Positions 58,753-64,000 of a stretch of 64,000 nt of DNA are shown in pieces (position 1 is the first letter of the stretch; the number at the start of each line of letters is the position of its first letter). A program made the translations under genes and the position numbers. The stretch covers positions 3,110 to 67,109 of the forward strand of contig JAEYSS010000220.1 in assembly GCA_023434425.1 (NCBI GenBank). The letters run 5' to 3'. The notes beneath the pieces were generated by a model. It did no database searches. It saw only the letters and a list, made by a program, of their open reading frames with translations, and was not told the DNA's origin. Source of the DNA: Pseudomonadota bacterium. Its GTDB lineage: Bacteria > Pseudomonadota > Alphaproteobacteria > Ferrovibrionales > Ferrovibrionaceae.

Positions 58753-59899
58753 AGGCCTGACCGAGACGGTCATCGACTCCCAGGTCCTGGGACATGTACG
58801 CCTCATGCAGGAAGCCGACATTGCCGATTTCGAGATCTGGGCGCTGCCCTGGGATCCGAACGTGCGCGATCTGTCGCTGGCGCGCCAAGCCGAGGCGCAA
58901 CGCCGCGCCGGCTGTCCGATCAGGATTCTTCCCGGTGCCCGGCCGGGGAAATTCGCCTCGGTGGCGACAAATGCCGCGACGCTGTCAAAAGCTGCAACAC
59001 GGCACGGCGCGCGATTCGACATCGTGCATGCCCGCACCGATTACACCGCTCTCGCCGCCGAGCCATTGGCTCGTAGCATGGGTGCCGCCCTGCTATTCGA
59101 TTGCCGGGGCGATTCCGCTGCCGAACTGGATTATCGCGCCGACTTGCGCCATGGCTTGCGCCGCCTGCTCAAGCCGCTTCTGCGCCACATCCTGACCCAG
59201 CGCCTGCGTCGCGCCGCGCGGCTCTGCGATCGCGCCCTCTTCGTCAGCCATCCCCTGCACCGGCTGGTCGCCAGCGAGATCGGCGACAAACCACATGCCG
59301 TAATCCCCTGCTGCGCCTCGGAAGATGACTTCTTCTTCGATACCTCCCTGCGCGAGAAAACCCGCCAGGGACTCGGCTATACCGGCAGCGACATCGTCTA
59401 CATCTACTCCGGCGGGCTCCAGCCCTATCAGCGGCTGGACGACACCATCGACGCCTTTACCCGGCTGCATGCCGGGAATCCCGCGGTGCGGCTGCTGATC
59501 GCCACGCCCCGCCTCGTGGAGGCCAGAGAGCTCCTAGGCCACCTGCCTCCTGGCTGCTGGCAGGTCATATCGGCAAAGCTCGAGGATGTGAACAGCCTGC
59601 TCAATGCCGCCGATGCCGCCTTCCTGTTACGGCATGACGACCAGACCAATCGCGTCGCCTCGCCCACCAAGTTCGCGGAATATTGCCTGACCGGCCTGCC
59701 CGTGATCATGACCGACGCCATCCGCGACAGCCATGCGCTGGCGCAGAAGCATGGCAATCTCATGCTTTTCGATGACGCAGTGCCGGCTCTCGCCCTGCCG
59801 CCGCAACTGGATCGCGCCGCTCTAGCAAAGCGCTATCGCGGCCGACTGGGCAAACAGGCCTTCTTCGAGGAGTACCGCCGGATTTACGCACCAACCTGA
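58709..59899 (+). CDS. Glycosyltransferase (GT-B, GT4-like)
   Basis: Motifs VHART, FDCRG, YSGG..YQ, ADAAFLLR, ASPTKFAEY..GLPV. ATG at 58709 overlaps the upstream gene by 44 bp. Confidence 0.8.
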   Translation: MATAAKPRVLLTFFEGLTETVIDSQVLGHVRLMQEADIADFEIWALPWDPNVRDLSLARQAEAQRRAGCPIRILPGARPGKFASVATNAATLSKAATRHGARFDIVHARTDYTALAAEPLARSMGAALLFDCRGDSAAELDYRADLRHGLRRLLKPLLRHILTQRLRRAARLCDRALFVSHPLHRLVASEIGDKPHAVIPCCASEDDFFFDTSLREKTRQGLGYTGSDIVYIYSGGLQPYQRLDDTIDAFTRLHAGNPAVRLLIATPRLVEARELLGHLPPGCWQVISAKLEDVNSLLNAADAAFLLRHDDQTNRVASPTKFAEYCLTGLPVIMTDAIRDSHALAQKHGNLMLFDDAVPALALPPQLDRAALAKRYRGRLGKQAFFEEYRRIYAPT

Positions 59900-59917
59900 G
59901 CCATCATCCTTTCCAAG

Positions 59918-59962
59918 AAAGAAGAAAGAGCGCCGCTTCATCCGCGGCGCTCTTTCTTCTTT
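59918..59962. terminator. Bidirectional rho-independent terminator
   Basis: AAAGAAGAAAGAGCGCCGC-TTCATCC-GCGGCGCTCTTTCTTCTTT: perfect 19-bp stem between convergent genes, with U-rich tails on both strands. Confidence 0.9.
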
Positions 59963-59974
59963 GCGCTCTGCAAC

Positions 59975-61873
59975 TCAGATATAGCCATTGGCACGAAGGT
60001 ATTCGATGATCTGCTCAGCGGCCTCGGAGGCCGAAACCTTCTTGGTATCGATGCAGAATTCCGGATTCTCCGGCGCCTCGTAGGGCGAGTTGATGCCGGT
60101 GAAGTTCGGGATCCCGCCGGCACGGGCCTTCTTGTAGAGTCCCTTCGGATCGCGCTTTTCGCATTCCTCCAAGGGAGTTGAGAGATAGATCTCGATGAAC
60201 TCCCCCGCCTCCAGCATGTCCCGAGCCGCTTGCCGCTCAGCCCGGAATGGCGAGATCAGAGCGGTGATTACGATCAGCCCGGCATCGACGAAAAGCTTCG
60301 AGACCTCGGAGACGCGACGCACATTCTCTACCCGTGCCTCCGGTGTGAAACCGAGATCCCGGTTCAGGCCGTGCCGTAGATTGTCGCCGTCCAGCATGTA
60401 GGTATGACGCCCGAGATCCGCGAGGCGTCGCTCGACCAGATCGGCGATCGTCGACTTGCCCGCACCACTCAGGCCAGTGAACCAGAGAACCGCCGGCTTC
60501 TGCTTTTTCAATTCGGCGCGCAGGGTCTTGCCGACCTCCATCTTGTGCCATTCAATATTGGTGGCGCGACGTAGGGCGAAATTAATGATGCCAGCACCCA
60601 CCGTACGGTTAGTGAACGGATCGATGACGATGAAACCGCCGCCCTCGCGACTATCGGCATAGGCATCGCAGACAAGTGGATAATCGAGACCCAGGGTCGC
60701 TACACCGATTTCGTTGAGCGCGAGCACCTGCGTCGCCTCATGCAGCATGGTGTTAACATCGACCTTATATTTCAGGTTCGTCACCGCGCCGCGAATCAGC
60801 CGTGCGCCGCATTTCACCAGATACTGGCGGCCGGGCATCAGCGCATCGCTGTCCATCCACAACAGATGAACCGAGAACTGGTCAGCCACGATCGGGGCGG
60901 TGCCGGCCGCGATCACGTCGCCGCGGCTGATATCGATTTCATCGGTCAGTGTCAGCGTGACGGATTCACCAGCTATCGCCTCGGAAACGGCACCCGAGGC
61001 CGCCAGAATCCCCGAGACACGGCTGGACTGACCGGACGGATAGACCGTCACCCCGTCGCCGACCGCTACCCTGCCGTCTGTGATCCGTCCGGAGAATCCG
61101 CGAAAATCCTGGTTGGGGCGATTGACCCATTGAACGGGCAGGCGCAGTCCCAGCCTAGACTGGTCGCTGGAAACGTCAATCTCCTCCAGGTGCTGCATCA
61201 GCGTCGCGCCGCTGTACCAGGACATCGCCGCGCTGTCGGTGAACACATTGTCGCCATGCCGGGCGGAGACCGGGATGCTTTGCACGCTGGCGAAATCGAG
61301 CTGTGCGGCGAAAGCGGCATAATCCCGGCAGATTTCGTCGAACCGTTCCCGGCTGTAATCCACCAAGTCCATCTTATTAACCGCCAGCACTATATGCCGG
61401 ATGCCCAGCAGATTGACGATGTAGCTATGGCGCCGCGTCTGCGTCAGTACGCCGCGGCGCGCGTCGATCAGGATGACGGCCAAGCTGGCGGTGGAGGCGC
61501 CGGTGGCCATGTTCCGCGTATATTGTTCGTGGCCCGGCGTATCGGCAACGATGAAGCGGCGCCGGTCGGTGGCGAAGAACCGGTAGGCCACATCGATGGT
61601 GATGCCCTGTTCACGCTCGGCCTGCAAGCCGTCGACCAACAGGGCGAAGTCGAGGCCGCCCTCATGTGTGCCGACGGTCTTACTGTCGCTCTCCAGCGTC
61701 TTGAGCTGATCCTCTAAGATCAACTTAGAATCATAGAGCAGGCGGCCGATCAGCGTACTTTTGCCGTCATCCACGCTGCCGCAGGTAATAAATCGCAACG
61801 TCGGACGATCACCTTGGTCGCGCAGGAAGCTTTCGAGCTCCGGCTTCTTGCCTGGTATCGCTATCTCCGACAT
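59975..61873 (-). CDS. cysNC: Bifunctional sulfate adenylyltransferase subunit 1 / adenylylsulfate kinase (CysNC / NodQ-type)
   Basis: Motifs CGSVDDGKSTLIGRLL, DTPGHEQYTRNM, NKMD. APS kinase motifs TGLSGAGKST, LDGDNLR, RDPKGLY. Confidence 0.96.
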   Translation of the reverse strand: MSEIAIPGKKPELESFLRDQGDRPTLRFITCGSVDDGKSTLIGRLLYDSKLILEDQLKTLESDSKTVGTHEGGLDFALLVDGLQAEREQGITIDVAYRFFATDRRRFIVADTPGHEQYTRNMATGASTASLAVILIDARRGVLTQTRRHSYIVNLLGIRHIVLAVNKMDLVDYSRERFDEICRDYAAFAAQLDFASVQSIPVSARHGDNVFTDSAAMSWYSGATLMQHLEEIDVSSDQSRLGLRLPVQWVNRPNQDFRGFSGRITDGRVAVGDGVTVYPSGQSSRVSGILAASGAVSEAIAGESVTLTLTDEIDISRGDVIAAGTAPIVADQFSVHLLWMDSDALMPGRQYLVKCGARLIRGAVTNLKYKVDVNTMLHEATQVLALNEIGVATLGLDYPLVCDAYADSREGGGFIVIDPFTNRTVGAGIINFALRRATNIEWHKMEVGKTLRAELKKQKPAVLWFTGLSGAGKSTIADLVERRLADLGRHTYMLDGDNLRHGLNRDLGFTPEARVENVRRVSEVSKLFVDAGLIVITALISPFRAERQAARDMLEAGEFIEIYLSTPLEECEKRDPKGLYKKARAGGIPNFTGINSPYEAPENPEFCIDTKKVSASEAAEQIIEYLRANGYI

Positions 61874-62790
61874 CAGAAATAGCCCTCCTGCTTCTTCTTT
61901 TCCATCGAGCCAGCCTGGTCGCGGTCGATGACGCGGCCTTGCCGCTCCGAGACGCGCGAAGCCATCATCTCGGCGATCACATCAGTCAGGGTGTCTGCTG
62001 TCGATTCGATCGCACCTGTCAGCGGATAGCAGCCGAGCGTCCGGAAGCGCACGGACCGCAGCATCGGATGCTCGCCCGCCTCAAGCGGCATGCGGTCGTC
62101 GTCAACCATGATCAGACTGCCATCGCGATTAACCACCGGCCGCAGCTTGGCGAAATACAGCGGTACGATTGGGATATTCTCCAGGTAGATGTATTGCCAG
62201 ACATCGAGTTCGGTCCAGTTCGACAGCGGGAAAACCCGCATGCTCTCCCCCGGCGCAAGACGCGTATTGTACAGGCTCCACAATTCCGGGCGCTGGCTTT
62301 TCGGTTCCCAGCGGTGGGCGACACTGCGATGCGAGAAGATGCGCTCCTTGGCGCGGGATTTCTCTTCATCACGCCGCGCGCCACCGATGGCGGCATCGAA
62401 GCCATGCTGGTCGAGCGCCTGTCGCAACCCCTGCGTCTTCATGATGTCGGTGTGCAACGCGGAACCATGCGTGAAGGGGCCTATATTCCGTGCTAGACCG
62501 TCCGGGTTGATATGGACCAGCAGTTCGAGTCCGAGGTCGTGCACACGCTGGTCGCGGAAGGCGATCATCTCCCGGAATTTCCAGGTCGTGTCGACATGCA
62601 GCAGCGGAAATGGCGGCTTTCCAGGTGCAAAGGCCTTCATTAGCAAATGCAGCAGGACCGACGAATCCTTTCCGATCGAATACAGCAGCACCGGCTTGCG
62701 GAATTCCGCCGCCACTTCGCGGAAGATATGGATACTTTCCGCTTCCAGCGTACGCAGATGGCTTAGTCTTGGCGAAGAGATGGATGTCAT
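61873..62790 (-). CDS. cysD: Sulfate adenylyltransferase subunit 2
   Basis: Motifs [49 protein letters not shown]. Confidence 0.97.
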   Translation of the reverse strand: MTSISSPRLSHLRTLEAESIHIFREVAAEFRKPVLLYSIGKDSSVLLHLLMKAFAPGKPPFPLLHVDTTWKFREMIAFRDQRVHDLGLELLVHINPDGLARNIGPFTHGSALHTDIMKTQGLRQALDQHGFDAAIGGARRDEEKSRAKERIFSHRSVAHRWEPKSQRPELWSLYNTRLAPGESMRVFPLSNWTELDVWQYIYLENIPIVPLYFAKLRPVVNRDGSLIMVDDDRMPLEAGEHPMLRSVRFRTLGCYPLTGAIESTADTLTDVIAEMMASRVSERQGRVIDRDQAGSMEKKKQEGYF

Positions 62791-62832
62791 CGGACTGTTG
62801 CTTTTGAACCTCGATATTCAACCCCGGAGGCA

Positions 62833-63999
62833 TCAGGGCCGGTAGGACATGCCGATGGTGCCGAGCCAGTGCTGCAACTGCTGCTGCACCCTGGTGAGGC
62901 CGGCTTCCGTTTGCGCCTCGCAGCGCGCCACTAGGATGGGTGTCGTATTCGAGGCGCGCAGCAGCCACCAGCCGGCGGCATCGCCGACCCGCATGCCGTC
63001 GACATCGTTATACGCGATACCCTTGGCCTGCAGGGTCTGCTTGAGCGCGGCGATCCGCGCGAATTTTTCGTCGTCCGGGCAGTCAATGCGCAGCTCGGGC
63101 GTGTTCCAGACGCGCGGCAATGCATCGATTTGTGCCGCTAGCCAGCCCGGCGCACCATCGGACACCAGACGTAATATCCGCGCCGCGGCATAGAGCGCAT
63201 CGTCGAAGCCATACCAGCGGTCGGCGAAGAAGATATGGCCGCTCATCTCACCAGCGAGCGGTGCCCCAATCTGCTTCATCTTGGCTTTGATCAGCGAGTG
63301 GCCGGTGCGATACATTACTGGCTGGCCGCCAGCCGCCGCTACGCCGTCGAACAACACCTGGCTGGCCTTCACATCAGCAATGATCGGCGCACCGGGCTGC
63401 TGTGCCAGGATTTCGCGCGCAAACAGCAGCAGCATCTGGTCGCCCCAGATGATACGGTTGCCAGCATCGACCACGCCGATCCGGTCACCGTCGCCGTCGA
63501 AGGCGATACCGATATCGGCCTGCTGCGCCGCCACTGCGGCCTGCAAGTCGACCAGATTATGCGGTTCTGTCGGATCGGGATGATGATTGGGAAAACGGCC
63601 GTCGATCTCGCCGAACAGTACGGTATGGCGGCCCGGCAGCCTTGCCGTCAGGCGCTGCACCACTTCGCCGGCAGCGCCATTGCCGCAATCCCATACCACG
63701 CTGAGTGGTCGCATCTGCGCCAGTTCGCCCAGCAGGCGATCAAGGTAAGCTTCGAGTACGGCCACGTCGCGCACCGTGCCTTGGGCTTCCGGTACATAGT
63801 CTCCGGTTGAGACGATGCGATGCAGGTCCTGGATGTCGTCGCCGTAGAAAGGCTTGCCACCGAGCACAATCTTCATGCCGTTATGGTCGGGCGGGTTATG
63901 CGAGCCGGTCAGCATGACGGCGCCGTCGGTGCCATTCACTGCATCGGCGAAATACAGCATCGGTGTCGGCCCAAGCCCGATCCGCTCGACCGCAAGGCC
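62833..63999 (-). CDS. Phosphomannomutase/phosphoglucomutase (AlgC-type; 5' end beyond window)
   Basis: Motifs TGSHNP, FPNHHPDP, FDGDGDR, GEMSGH, RASNT. The frame is open to the window end. Confidence 0.93.
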   Translation of the reverse strand, partial: GLAVERIGLGPTPMLYFADAVNGTDGAVMLTGSHNPPDHNGMKIVLGGKPFYGDDIQDLHRIVSTGDYVPEAQGTVRDVAVLEAYLDRLLGELAQMRPLSVVWDCGNGAAGEVVQRLTARLPGRHTVLFGEIDGRFPNHHPDPTEPHNLVDLQAAVAAQQADIGIAFDGDGDRIGVVDAGNRIIWGDQMLLLFAREILAQQPGAPIIADVKASQVLFDGVAAAGGQPVMYRTGHSLIKAKMKQIGAPLAGEMSGHIFFADRWYGFDDALYAAARILRLVSDGAPGWLAAQIDALPRVWNTPELRIDCPDDEKFARIAALKQTLQAKGIAYNDVDGMRVGDAAGWWLLRASNTTPILVARCEAQTEAGLTRVQQQLQHWLGTIGMSYRP

Positions 64000-64000
64000 A

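Noticed and set aside
62804..62821. TTGAA-N8-TTCAA inverted repeat upstream of cysD
   Set aside because: Only 5-bp arms, with orientation and spacing different from the operator motif. Could be chance.
1..64000. CRISPR arrays, tRNA/rRNA genes, IS elements, integrases or prophage
   Set aside because: No repeat-spacer arrays, RNA-gene patterns or transposase/integrase ORFs seen. Nearly all the sequence is accounted for by the listed CDSs.

Overview
High-GC bacterial DNA, probably alphaproteobacterial (inferred from protein style and codon usage, not verified). The window is almost entirely one very large surface-glycan (LPS/O-antigen, capsule or protein-glycan) locus. It opens with galE (partial), a glycosyltransferase and an amidase, then a regulatory pair (EPS-associated MarR-type regulator and an RfaH-like NusG paralog) and rimO. 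After these comes a run of 47 tightly packed co-directional genes from 6213 to 59899 (about 53.7 kb). This run encodes GDP-mannose/fucose synthesis, UDP-HexNAc(A) synthesis, two nonulosonic-acid (NeuB) modules, four amido/amidino-transferases (including a HisF-WbuX fusion and an AsnB lacking its catalytic Cys1), 13 SAM methyltransferases, a sulfotransferase, a DUF4910 protein, a 2OG-Fe(II) dioxygenase, a PglK/MsbA-like ABC exporter and several glycosyltransferases. It ends at a perfect 19-bp bidirectional terminator that faces a convergent pgm-cysD-cysNC (PAPS supply) unit. The most notable unannotated structure is a complete cis-regulatory circuit readable in the sequence. A palindrome CGTTCA-N5-TGAAC occurs three times: over the marR-rfaH promoter and twice at the giant-operon promoter. 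A near-canonical RfaH ops element (GGCGGTAGCATG) also sits in the operon leader. All functional calls rest on motif recognition by eye; no database searches were run.
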